Assembly (NCBI GenBank): GCA_046582655.1
Contig: JAYGDX010000068.1
Location: 77,546 to 141,545 of the forward strand
Direction of reading: 5' to 3'
DNA: 64,000 bases
Origin: Candidatus Poribacteria bacterium
Lineage (GTDB): Bacteria > Poribacteria > WGA-4E > UBA9662
In this document: positions 8,633-18,365 of the stretch, piece after piece
How positions within the stretch are numbered: the first letter of the stretch is position 1
How the letters are laid out: every line of letters starts with the position of its first letter
Notes under the pieces: generated by a model
What the model was told of the DNA's origin: nothing
The model's database searches: none
Seen by the model: the letters and a program-made list of their open reading frames with translations, nothing else
Translations under genes and position numbers: made by a program

Positions 8633-10366
8633 TCAATTTTTATATTGCGACCGATCCACGTTACCACCATACTTCATGGTATAAAAGAGCAGGTTTGTCA
8701 TGAACCGGTGCACATCTGCCGACCGACGCATACGTAACATTGTTCGACTGCTGATCTCTGCCGTTTCCATGGCACACATATAGTCTTTCCGATTATAAAC
8801 CACAGCCAACCGACGTCCAATTGTAATTCCTTTATGAAACCTGAATTTTGAGGCCCTCGGTTTATTTTCACTTCCCCAGTAGACATCCCCACCGTTAGGT
8901 GGCACTGAAAGCTCATAGTATACTTTATAAATTTCGTGGTTGTATTGTATGTGCTTGAGCGGATATTCGGGTAGAATCTGACTGAGTTCGAACTCGACCT
9001 GTCTGGCAAAAAGACCGTTAAAACCGCAATCATCAAAGTAAAGCATTCCGCCGCGTTCAACCAGATACTCGCGTAAAGCGGCTCGTTCTTCCGAACTGAA
9101 TCCATCTGTTAAGGGGCCACCCTTTACCATGTTACGCCCAACTGTGATATCCTTGTCATGCCCCGTCATGAAAATAATGGGCGCATCCAATATTTTTCTG
9201 TCCGTTAACGGTAAGGCCCCTCCTTCGAACTTCATATCCGCTTTCAACAGGGTATGATCACCTAGCCAGGTCATAAAACTTGGAATCGCGGTTGGATCCT
9301 GCCACCAATCAGACAGAGAATGCTTGAGGCGGATTAGTCGAATATGACCCTGAACGTCCTTCCCTTGACCAACGATGATAGCACCAAGTTGGTTGTCTGG
9401 TACTCTAATCAGATCCTGAAATTTTGATGACGACAGATCAGCAGAATCGGTTGCTCCTGTTGTCTCAATAATGGATGAAATCCCTTTTGAGTCTTTTCGC
9501 CCTTGGCTTTGGGCGCGAAACCGTCCAGTTTCTATTCCTGACCCACTTTTAACTTTAGTTGGAGATCCACTTGACCGCTTCAGTACATACTCCCTCGGGT
9601 TTGCCGGCAGTTTTGCCGTAGTTGACATTGGATCTGGAATCCTGTTAGGCAGTTCTGGGTTGCGAGAAAAATTTCGGTGTATTGGTGCCGTGGATAATTT
9701 AGCTGTTTCCGCAACTTGAGTTGGAGCGGTAATCTGCACTTGGGGTTGTGGAGCCTTGCGCAATGATGGTTTAAGCGTAACCCGTCGTTGGACACGGTTC
9801 ACAATTGGTTTTTTAATCTTGCGAATAGTTGGAAGTGGTACGTTTACCATCTCAATAGAAATGGATTCGGTCGGTAACTTTGTTGTTATTGTCAGTGCAA
9901 TATAAATAACAAAAATAGCGTGGACAATGAACGAAATCGTGAACGCGGGTGAGGTTCTTTTCCAATTCCTCTTATTTAACCAATTTGTTGGTAAGATGAA
10001 AGCAGAAGATTGCTGATCAATGGCGCTGAAAGTGTGAACTTGGTTGCCACAAGTGACTTGGATCTGGTTATTTGCCGTAGATTCAATTCCAATGCTCTCG
10101 GAGTCTGATTGACGGATAATGTCACTAAACCAGAGGATGGGGATTTTGGACGATCCGGAAGAGACAATTTCAGCGTCTGCAAGAATTTTCATATCAGCTA
10201 GAATGTTTCTAGCTGATATTTCAACCCTATTGTTTTCCAGTGTACGGAAATCGACATGTGACAACTGGTTCAATCGATTGTGAGCACCTGCCTTTGATTG
10301 CAGGCCTTGAATAGCCTTAAGTAATTCAGAGGAATCAGCACGGAACTGCACAGTTATTTTCACCAC
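8633..10366 (-). CDS. Single-pass membrane protein: N-terminal beta-clamp-like domain, TM helix, Pro/Lys/Arg-rich linker, C-terminal DUF4159-like domain
   Basis: TM AFTISFIVHAIFVIYIAL; C-terminal PIIFMTGH, EERAALREYLVERGGMLYFDDC, RLAVVY resemble DUF4159. Confidence 0.7.
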   Translation of the reverse strand: MVKITVQFRADSSELLKAIQGLQSKAGAHNRLNQLSHVDFRTLENNRVEISARNILADMKILADAEIVSSGSSKIPILWFSDIIRQSDSESIGIESTANNQIQVTCGNQVHTFSAIDQQSSAFILPTNWLNKRNWKRTSPAFTISFIVHAIFVIYIALTITTKLPTESISIEMVNVPLPTIRKIKKPIVNRVQRRVTLKPSLRKAPQPQVQITAPTQVAETAKLSTAPIHRNFSRNPELPNRIPDPMSTTAKLPANPREYVLKRSSGSPTKVKSGSGIETGRFRAQSQGRKDSKGISSIIETTGATDSADLSSSKFQDLIRVPDNQLGAIIVGQGKDVQGHIRLIRLKHSLSDWWQDPTAIPSFMTWLGDHTLLKADMKFEGGALPLTDRKILDAPIIFMTGHDKDITVGRNMVKGGPLTDGFSSEERAALREYLVERGGMLYFDDCGFNGLFARQVEFELSQILPEYPLKHIQYNHEIYKVYYELSVPPNGGDVYWGSENKPRASKFRFHKGITIGRRLAVVYNRKDYMCAMETAEISSRTMLRMRRSADVHRFMTNLLFYTMKYGGNVDRSQYKN

Positions 10367-10943
10367 CCTTTTGTTAAAATTGATTATAGATGAGGATTAT
10401 GCTGGTCGTTCGTTTAATCGTTAATCTTGAAGAATGCATGGGAAGATAAAAGCATATTTCGGTAATATTGGACGAAACCCTATCAACTTGACTAGACATT
10501 AATCCTGCTATTCCCCAAAAAATTAGATTGAATCAGTGGAACTTCTGCAGTTTTCAGACTGGCTAAGTGGTTCTTTTGTTCGAGGATTCTTTTTCTCTAT
10601 ATTCTACCAGCTAGTGACCTCTTCAGTGTCCTTGAATTCTCAATTTATTTAAAGAAAATAACTTCCGCCTGCGTAGCTAGCGTTTTCTAATGACCACATC
10701 CTCTCGAATTCACCTTGTGAGTCTTGCTTCGATGAAAATGGGATACTACTTACGGTTAGGTAAGCCCCCAAAGCGAATTATAGGTTCGCTGTCGCTGATC
10801 TTATGATTATATGGATTCGGCATAATCGTAACACAAAATCGTTGAATCCTCCAATCAAATCATACGTTGTTTTAATTGTTGTACTGTTTGGCCTATGCTA
10901 AAATAATATCAAGTATAATAACTAAAGAATATTGTCGTTATAT

Positions 10944-11408
10944 ATGCCTATTACATTAGAATCAATTCGATTAACAGAAGGCGATCTACAGGATTATCGG
11001 CCTTATTTTTCTTCTGCACAGGAGATTTACTCACCCACGTCGCCGAAAGACCCCGCTTGCCTGATTGGATGGCGTGATCGGTGGTGGTTGCACGGCAAAC
11101 CGGGGCAGAATCTTGCTATTAACTATTGGCTGTTTGAATCCGAGGAGGACGCTAGAACTGCTGTGGAAGAGGGCAGAACGCGTCTTTCCAGTAGAAGTGT
11201 GATGATAAATGGAAAACGTGAACCGATTTACCAGCCATTCGCGGATCCGACAAAAATCTTTAATGGATTGGTGTGGCAAGCCGATCATAATTTCCTTTTT
11301 AGCACTCACGACATTGCTGTGTTGGTAATGGAGTCCGGCAAACAAGTGCCTGTTGAAACAACCTTATCGATCGCTAAGAAAGTTCTCGAAAAGATAGTAA
11401 GTCGCTGA
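10944..11408 (+). CDS. Hypothetical protein
   Basis: ~155-aa ORF with normal composition, co-oriented with the next gene; start uncertain (10932 TTG or 10944 ATG). Confidence 0.6.
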   Translation: MPITLESIRLTEGDLQDYRPYFSSAQEIYSPTSPKDPACLIGWRDRWWLHGKPGQNLAINYWLFESEEDARTAVEEGRTRLSSRSVMINGKREPIYQPFADPTKIFNGLVWQADHNFLFSTHDIAVLVMESGKQVPVETTLSIAKKVLEKIVSR

Positions 11409-11450
11409 TAAATTCATACTAATTAATAATGAAAAACTGAAGATCATGAA

Positions 11451-13721
11451 ATGAAGCGTGTCCATTCATGTCCCCATCGTATTTCAATTGCTATCCGATT
11501 TCTCCTCCCATTCTTTTGCATATTTCTCCTAGTTTCCTCTTTTGGCACTCTATGCTTTGGTAACTCAGAATTTCAAAGTATTGTTCTCCTGATTGATAAC
11601 TCCAGAAGTATGGATATGACAGACACACATAAATGGAGATGGACGTCAGCCAAAGTTTTGATCAATCGCCTTCAAATCGATCAATGGGTCTGCGTGATCG
11701 GATTTACCGATTCCGTGATATTGGTCATTGAGCCGACGCGAATCGACGGCGACATAGAGCAGAAGGCTAACTTGGAACGTAAGTTAGCCGTACCCATCAA
11801 TGAGGTGGAGAAAAAAGGTAGTACTATCGGGCAAGCTTTATTTCGGGCAGAAAAGGCACTCCAAAGTATGCCATCGATCGAATCTCAGGTACTGATTTTA
11901 ATGACTGATAGTAAAGCAGGATTTACCAAGAAGCAGTGGAACCGGTTCTTAAAAAACAGTTTTAATCGTAAAAGCTATTTTCTAATGAATCTCCAGGACA
12001 AATCAATCTCCGTTTCCAATGGTCAGAAACGACCTCATAATAATCTGCTTACTGCGTTTTTGTATGTCATGAATGATATGGATGAATATCAATTGTATGA
12101 GCAGAAGCAAATTCCATCAAAGCTGCATATCTTTCTTCATGATCCCGAAATAGAGAGTTTAGAGCTTCAGTTTACATCATCCCAAAAACGCAAATCTGAT
12201 ATTGAAATCAAAGACTCGCAAGGAAATTATATCTTTCCCTATTTTGAAACCAGCCATTGCACATCTTATTGGATTCCCCAACCTGCTCTCGGACGTTGGC
12301 AGGTTTCTGTTGATAATGATAATCAGGTCGAGTTGTTGGCCTTCAAGAGGAAACAGCCAGATACGTCCATAGGCCGGCTTGAATTTGGTCCACTGCCTCC
12401 TACCTATGAACCCGGCCGCCAAATAGGCCTTCAGATTCGATTAGTGGGAGGTACGTATTCATCTAGTCAAATTGGTGGTAAAGTGATCTCGCGGGAGGTA
12501 GAGGAAAAAATAATTTTTGATCAAACTGCTGATCAATCTCTATATCAAGCGAAATACGTACCCAAAGAAGAGGGGAAGCACAAATTTATTATTGATCCAA
12601 GTCTAGAATATATTGTTAATCCGCCAATCCGAACGGTTGAACTTAGGATGTATCAATTTCCAGTCTGGCTTACAGTCGCAGCCATATCAGGTGTTATTGG
12701 CGTTGGAGCAATGGTACTTTTTCTCTTTATCTTTTTTCGGAGAAGATCAACTCGTAATGGGGTCGAAGACGATGAGATAGAGGACGAAATCGAAGTTGAT
12801 CGGCGTGCAGAAATTGCGCAGTTACATAATATCATTGTAAAGCAGAAGGAATCAGGTTCTTTCTATCAGCAGGAAGAGCAACCAGAATCCATCCCCGACA
12901 CAGCAGAAGTGGAACAACAACAGGATACAGAAGATCCAAATATACAGAGTATTGAACAAATACCGACAATTCAAGATCAAGATGAATTGGCCATCCTACC
13001 GGTCGAATCCGAGGATGTAGGTCAAGCTGATGGCGATCTGAATCAGGAACTCAGCCCGGCATCGGAATTAGAATCACTACAGCTCGAAGATTTTAATAAC
13101 ACGACCAAGGCAAAGGTAGAAGAAACTAAACTAGGTACTGATGAGATTTCTTCCGGTTTTGATCCTGACACCAAAGTTTCCGAAGAGATAGAAGAGATAA
13201 AGGATGTTGCAGATTCCAATCAAGATGATGTTTCACCAAAGCAGAAAACAACAACTGGGGAAGAGCAGGATAAGGACAACGCTGAACCGGATGTTGCCGA
13301 AGATTCCGGTAGTGATTTAGTGTCTGAAGATGAGGCATTGGATACTGCAAGCGAAGTGGATTCTGCTAGTGATGTAACTTCACAGGATCGGGAAATAATT
13401 GAAGCGGAGGATGATAATACTGCTGATCCAGTAGAAGCTGAAATCACAAAGCAGCAGGTGGATGGTTTAGAGCAGCAACCGGAGGGTGAAGGGATAGATT
13501 GGTATATCGGAAAATTTCTATCGGATGTCCAAAATATAATTGCTGATGATAGCACGGAAACAAATGGTGTTGCTGCGGAAACAGTTAGTGCAGTGTCTGG
13601 AGAAGAGGATTTGATTCAAGGTGTTGATGAAACAGAATTGGAAGAATTCAACCAGGGAAGCGATGTAGATCAACATATCGATAAAATTCTATCTGAGATC
13701 GAGGTATTGAGTAGGGAATAA
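11451..13721 (+). CDS. VWA-domain membrane protein with a long acidic C-terminal tail
   Basis: N-terminal hydrophobic segment; MIDAS-like VLLIDNSRSM and LILMTD; TM near aa 405-430 followed by RRR; ~320-aa D/E-rich tail. Confidence 0.8.
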   Translation: MKRVHSCPHRISIAIRFLLPFFCIFLLVSSFGTLCFGNSEFQSIVLLIDNSRSMDMTDTHKWRWTSAKVLINRLQIDQWVCVIGFTDSVILVIEPTRIDGDIEQKANLERKLAVPINEVEKKGSTIGQALFRAEKALQSMPSIESQVLILMTDSKAGFTKKQWNRFLKNSFNRKSYFLMNLQDKSISVSNGQKRPHNNLLTAFLYVMNDMDEYQLYEQKQIPSKLHIFLHDPEIESLELQFTSSQKRKSDIEIKDSQGNYIFPYFETSHCTSYWIPQPALGRWQVSVDNDNQVELLAFKRKQPDTSIGRLEFGPLPPTYEPGRQIGLQIRLVGGTYSSSQIGGKVISREVEEKIIFDQTADQSLYQAKYVPKEEGKHKFIIDPSLEYIVNPPIRTVELRMYQFPVWLTVAAISGVIGVGAMVLFLFIFFRRRSTRNGVEDDEIEDEIEVDRRAEIAQLHNIIVKQKESGSFYQQEEQPESIPDTAEVEQQQDTEDPNIQSIEQIPTIQDQDELAILPVESEDVGQADGDLNQELSPASELESLQLEDFNNTTKAKVEETKLGTDEISSGFDPDTKVSEEIEEIKDVADSNQDDVSPKQKTTTGEEQDKDNAEPDVAEDSGSDLVSEDEALDTASEVDSASDVTSQDREIIEAEDDNTADPVEAEITKQQVDGLEQQPEGEGIDWYIGKFLSDVQNIIADDSTETNGVAAETVSAVSGEEDLIQGVDETELEEFNQGSDVDQHIDKILSEIEVLSRE

Positions 13722-13734
13722 TTACTGTCTAAAC

Positions 13735-14721
13735 TCAGAAGTTAGACAGTAGCGAAAATCGATGAACTGCGCCAAACTTGCCCAAGGAACCTAAGGCGTA
13801 ATCAAGTCCAAAATCACCGATAGTAATACCGAAGCCAGTGGTAATACCAGATGCTGCGCCGAGATCATTGCCACCGAGTTCGTATTTGTACCCTGTTCGT
13901 AGATGAAGTCGCTGGAGAACGGTAAGGGAGACCCCCAAACCGAATGTTAAATCGTTGTCTGATGGTCGGTTTATATCGGCAGTGATTGCCAATTTATCTC
14001 CAGGCACATGATAAGCTAATCCAAATTTAATGTTCACGGGCAAACTGAACGCTTCTTCCGAATCCTCAACAAACTTGGCTTTTGTACCAAGATTCTGGAT
14101 GTTGAGACCAATGGCGAGATTCTTACCTGGGATGGTATGTAAAACACCTATATCCGAGGCAATGGCCTGTGCACCTATATCCTCAATAATTTTCTCACTC
14201 ACCCATTTAAGGTTAAGGCCAAGTGCAGTATTTCCGAATTCTTGGCTATAGGACAACAGCATTGCCAGATCCCGAGGTCGAAACTCCTCTGTTTCTTTGC
14301 CATTTGCGTCCCGACCCGTAATTGTTCCGTATGAGAGGTAAATAATGCTTGTGCTGATGACGCCTCTGCCAACTGGCTGCGCAACCCCGATAAATTGGTG
14401 GCTGATCCCTTCAAACCAGTTATTGTGCATAGCAGCAAACTGGGTGCGCTTCACACTGGAAAGCCCCGCGGGATTCCAATAGACTGCATACATATCGTGT
14501 GCCAGTGCAACTTGTGACTCACCCATGCTAATTCCTTTCGCACCGACCCCGATTTTCAGAAATGGCATAGCACGCGTTCCTGCATTTTCATGGATGTTTT
14601 GGCTATTAACAGCCACTGTAAAAAAATTGATTAGGCATACTGTTGACAATAAGAATAGCTTTCGAAATGACAGTAGAATTTTCTCCATTATTCTTGTTGG
14701 CTTTTCTGAAACCAATTCCAT
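13735..14721 (-). CDS. PorV/PorQ (UPF0164)-like outer membrane beta-barrel protein
   Basis: FLKIGVGAKGISMGE...YWNPAGL N-terminal motif; amphipathic strands; terminal HRFSLLSNF. Confidence 0.8.
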   Translation of the reverse strand: MELVSEKPTRIMEKILLSFRKLFLLSTVCLINFFTVAVNSQNIHENAGTRAMPFLKIGVGAKGISMGESQVALAHDMYAVYWNPAGLSSVKRTQFAAMHNNWFEGISHQFIGVAQPVGRGVISTSIIYLSYGTITGRDANGKETEEFRPRDLAMLLSYSQEFGNTALGLNLKWVSEKIIEDIGAQAIASDIGVLHTIPGKNLAIGLNIQNLGTKAKFVEDSEEAFSLPVNIKFGLAYHVPGDKLAITADINRPSDNDLTFGLGVSLTVLQRLHLRTGYKYELGGNDLGAASGITTGFGITIGDFGLDYALGSLGKFGAVHRFSLLSNF

Positions 14722-15434
14722 TTACTCGACTTTTTTTCCTTTGGTACCAATGTGTCAGGAATTTCGTTGATCCAGACTTCGGCAAGCTTGCTCAACGAAG
14801 ATTGTGGTGAAAGCTCTACTACTTTTAGATAGTCCAAACGTGCAAGATCAAGTTTGTTCTGTAGACGATACGTATTTGCTCGATTGTAGTAGTTAGATGC
14901 TTTTTCCGGACGTTTCTCAATGGCAACCGCCAAATCTGCAGAAGCGGCCCTATATTGTCGTAGCTGTAGATAGTTTCTTGATCTTGCTTCATAGGATGTA
15001 CCAGTTTCTGGGGAAATCTCGATAGCAGTTGTTAAATCATCTATCGCTTTTCTATAGACTGAGAGCTCTTCATAGATTTCAGCTCGCTTAATGTATGATT
15101 TCGCATGTGTCGAATCAGCCTTGATGGTATAACTAAGGTCTGTAATTGCCTGACGAAGGTCACCCGACGATTCCATCAATTTCACGCTAAGCAGGTAATG
15201 GATGCCCGGATCAACGGACTTCATAATTGAAGGCACAGTGTGGAGACCGATTATAATAGCCCGATTCCAACTATCAATAACATCTCGGTATTCACTGAGT
15301 TTCTGTTTCTCCCCTTTGGCCAGTTTTGCTCGGTCGAGATGCGCATATCCGCGTCCGACATAACCCAGTGCAGATTCAATTATATCAACTGGCGCTGGGT
15401 TATCGAGGTTCTTGATTAAGTCTAAGCTGGCCAT
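14688..15434 (-). CDS. Tetratricopeptide repeat protein
   Basis: Several TPR-like repeats (AKSYIKRAEIYEEL...AIDDLTTAIEISP; NYYNRANTYRL...YLKVVELSP). Confidence 0.75.
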   Translation of the reverse strand: MASLDLIKNLDNPAPVDIIESALGYVGRGYAHLDRAKLAKGEKQKLSEYRDVIDSWNRAIIIGLHTVPSIMKSVDPGIHYLLSVKLMESSGDLRQAITDLSYTIKADSTHAKSYIKRAEIYEELSVYRKAIDDLTTAIEISPETGTSYEARSRNYLQLRQYRAASADLAVAIEKRPEKASNYYNRANTYRLQNKLDLARLDYLKVVELSPQSSLSKLAEVWINEIPDTLVPKEKKSSKWNWFQKSQQE

Positions 15435-15528
15435 TGGATCCAGACTACACTTTGAACTGTAGTACGTTGGTGACCAATTCTACAATAGGTTGAATGAAAG
15501 CGTCAAGATTTTTGTTTTGGGGAAGTTG

Positions 15529-16608
15529 TCATCTTCTACTCAAAATGCTGATTGCAACAGAGGAGACCGAAATGAAGCTGAAAATCAGAGACCAGTTCAC
15601 ATCAAATTTCTTGGGGATTTCAACTGAATCTCCGGGATGAATTAGAATTTTTGAATCATTATCGTCACCAAGCGCAACCTGTTCAACTTGGCCGTTTGGT
15701 CTGCGAATTGTCACTTCTGTTCGATTGGCTTTTTCAGTTGACCCACCAGCCAATGCAACTGCTTGCTGGATTGTTATGGGTGCGCGTATTTTATGTGCGC
15801 CAGGTTGATGGACGTACCCAAGCACATAAATCCGATCGACTTTATAAGCGTTCGGAACATACAATACGTCACCATTTTGCAAATAATAACTCTCATTTTC
15901 ATCTTTGTTGAGATCCTTCCAAAATTGCTCAGAAACCTCAATCTCGATTTGGTGTCCATTCGATTTCCCAATCACGAGCTTTGAAAGATCCGCTTCATCA
16001 TAAATCGGGCCTCCAGCACGGGTCAGGGCGTGATCAATTCTAATCCGTTGCCGGATTAATATTTTGCTAGGAGTCTGTACCTGTCCCTGTACTTCAACTT
16101 GAGCCAACGTTGGCACGAAGACCAAGTCTCCGCTTTGAACCGCCACATAATGGTAATCAGTACCAGGCGAGAGGTCCAATGTTTCTATTGTTTGATCCCG
16201 TCGAATGACCTGCACCTTATGAAAATCCCCAGTCTCAAGCATACCACCTGCCAATGCAATCGCTCGCTGAAGACCAATTTCTTGCTGAGAATTCAATGGA
16301 TAGCGCCCAGGTAATCGCACTGCTCCACCAACAAAAATATCTTGTGTCGAAGTGACAGTCAGCATAATAATTGGATTCTTCAGCAAGCCCTGTTGGGTAA
16401 GGTGATCATAGACCCGATAACGAATTTCATCTGTTGTTTCCCCTTTTACTTTGATGTCTTTGCCAAAATAGCTAATCATCCCGTCTGGTCGGACTTTTAC
16501 TGTTTGCTTAAATTCAGGCTGACCGAGAACAAAGATCATAATCTCGTCACCGACCTGAGCCTGATAAGCATCAGCAAATAGAAGGTTGGGAATCAAGATG
16601 CATGTCAA
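15529..16608 (-). CDS. Polysaccharide export / SLBB-domain protein (Wza-like)
   Basis: VRPDGMIS Poly_export motif; three SLBB repeats (VGGAVRLPGRY, AIALAGG, GDxxxVP); hydrophobic C-terminal helix. Confidence 0.8.
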   Translation of the reverse strand: MTCILIPNLLFADAYQAQVGDEIMIFVLGQPEFKQTVKVRPDGMISYFGKDIKVKGETTDEIRYRVYDHLTQQGLLKNPIIMLTVTSTQDIFVGGAVRLPGRYPLNSQQEIGLQRAIALAGGMLETGDFHKVQVIRRDQTIETLDLSPGTDYHYVAVQSGDLVFVPTLAQVEVQGQVQTPSKILIRQRIRIDHALTRAGGPIYDEADLSKLVIGKSNGHQIEIEVSEQFWKDLNKDENESYYLQNGDVLYVPNAYKVDRIYVLGYVHQPGAHKIRAPITIQQAVALAGGSTEKANRTEVTIRRPNGQVEQVALGDDNDSKILIHPGDSVEIPKKFDVNWSLIFSFISVSSVAISILSRR

Positions 16609-17072
16609 AAAAAACGCTAAAGTTTCACTCGTTTTCAGCTTAAAAATCCTCGTTTTTCAGAATTTTAAATGAAGCAAGATACTTTCTAATAACTATGCTG
16701 GCCCATGCAAAACCACTGTTTGGCGCCAAAACTCTCCCCAGTTTCCGTTAGCAGATAAATCACCCAATACATTGTCGAAAGCGATAAGTTGATGAGATTT
16801 TACTTTGATTTTCTCATTTTCGGGAATTCCTTGAATTATGTATCCGTCTATTTCGCTGGGAATGTGGGCTACAAGTTGCCAGTCAACTAATACAGGCTTT
16901 ATCGCTTGGTTAGAGGTTGATCAACTAGATTGACATTAAGTCCGTATGGGTTTGAGGATACCAGAACGATACTCGTCTTTACACTATGAACAATATACCA
17001 TAATTCCGCATCCTACCTCGAGGGTCATTCATCGAAATTATATCTCAAAATCGAATTGGAAGGCTAAAACAG

Positions 17073-18317
17073 CTACTTGCCAAGAAGATCTAATAGGGCA
17101 TTTGTTGTTATAGAACCGATCTGTGACCCAATCGACATGGATTTCTCGTACTCGTAAAGTTCCTTCTCATAATCCTCAGTAGCCAAGATATAACCAAGTT
17201 CATCATTAGCCAGCCCCAAAATGAAGTTGTAATCCGTTGTCATGCTGTTCTTAATGCGAAAACCGAGTTTGGGTAAGACCTCACCGGGAAAGGTTGCAAT
17301 CTGGGCATTCCCGATCTCAATTAGATGAACTTCGGTATGGATATTGCCGTTTACAGGCATTTCTTTCGGCAAGATACCCAAGTTCATAAGTGCTTGAAAT
17401 TGTTGGTTTTCGAGGGGGATTTCAAGTGTTTTAAATGAGTGTTGGATTTTGGGATTAACCTGCTTTTCGGCCGACTCAGCTGCTTCAACCGCTTTTTGGG
17501 CGACGATCCCACCAATTCGTTCAACTTCCTCAAAAGTGTTAAACTGATTGTTGGTTGTGATCATTCCTCCTAGGGCACCATTAATAAAAAGTGTTATTCC
17601 ACCGATTTTTTCATCACATTCACGGTAAACGACACCTGGATATTCTGCTGTCAGCAACAGGCTGTCAGACCACATAATTTCAGGGTGTGCAGTAAAGTTT
17701 ACCATTGTAGCTATCGTTTCTCCGTTGGTGCGGTCGACCTTGATTACTCCAAGTTCGCGATCGATTAAATCCGGTTCTCGTACATTTCGTGATACCCGAT
17801 CTGATTCTTCTATTTGCGATGCTCCAAACGAGATTTCAGCAAGTTCGAGATTCTCGCTTGCGTCTTTAATAGCGGAAGCAATCTGGTTATAGAGAAAATC
17901 CGTGTAGTCTGGATCCACGCCAGAGTGGGATTCGCTCTCTCCCCAGAGCCCAATTGTGTCGGGACCAGAATGCTGATGTGTTGAGGTAATAATCACATTT
18001 TCAGCCGAGGATCCAATCAACGTGGCCCGATTTCGAATCTCAGCAATAGCAGAAGACGTTAGGCCAATCAAGTCGGTAGATACAAATCCAACCCGTGTTT
18101 GGCCATCATCAAGAATCAGGCATCGTGCAAAAAGATCGTCATGAACGCCCTGACTCAAGCGATTGTTCCGCAATCCGGCAAGATAAGCGGAACTTTGAGG
18201 TGTAATAATTCGGCTGCTTGCCCCCGCTTGAAGCAACGCGGATGAACTCTGTGTATTCAATAAAACTAAAGCGATCATAAGTGATGCAATGAATCCAGTT
18301 TGAGTCATTAATCCCAC
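17073..18317 (-). CDS. Neutral/alkaline ceramidase-like secreted hydrolase
   Basis: Signal peptide; GVHDDLFARCL, STHQHSGPD, NFTAHPE, FPGE, LANDELGY. Confidence 0.75.
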   Translation of the reverse strand: MGLMTQTGFIASLMIALVLLNTQSSSALLQAGASSRIITPQSSAYLAGLRNNRLSQGVHDDLFARCLILDDGQTRVGFVSTDLIGLTSSAIAEIRNRATLIGSSAENVIITSTHQHSGPDTIGLWGESESHSGVDPDYTDFLYNQIASAIKDASENLELAEISFGASQIEESDRVSRNVREPDLIDRELGVIKVDRTNGETIATMVNFTAHPEIMWSDSLLLTAEYPGVVYRECDEKIGGITLFINGALGGMITTNNQFNTFEEVERIGGIVAQKAVEAAESAEKQVNPKIQHSFKTLEIPLENQQFQALMNLGILPKEMPVNGNIHTEVHLIEIGNAQIATFPGEVLPKLGFRIKNSMTTDYNFILGLANDELGYILATEDYEKELYEYEKSMSIGSQIGSITTNALLDLLGK

Positions 18318-18365
18318 CTTTGAGATTTAGATCTGTATCAACAATTCTGGAAGAAACTTATGGAT

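Noticed and set aside
10367..10930. 560-nt intergenic gap as a possible gene remnant or ncRNA
   Set aside because: Minus-strand translations are broken and unrecognisable, with no convincing structure
13640..13721. Resemblance of the VWA protein's last helix (DQHIDKILSEIE) to the Pup helix
   Set aside because: Generic acidic amphipathic pattern with no GG(E/Q) terminus
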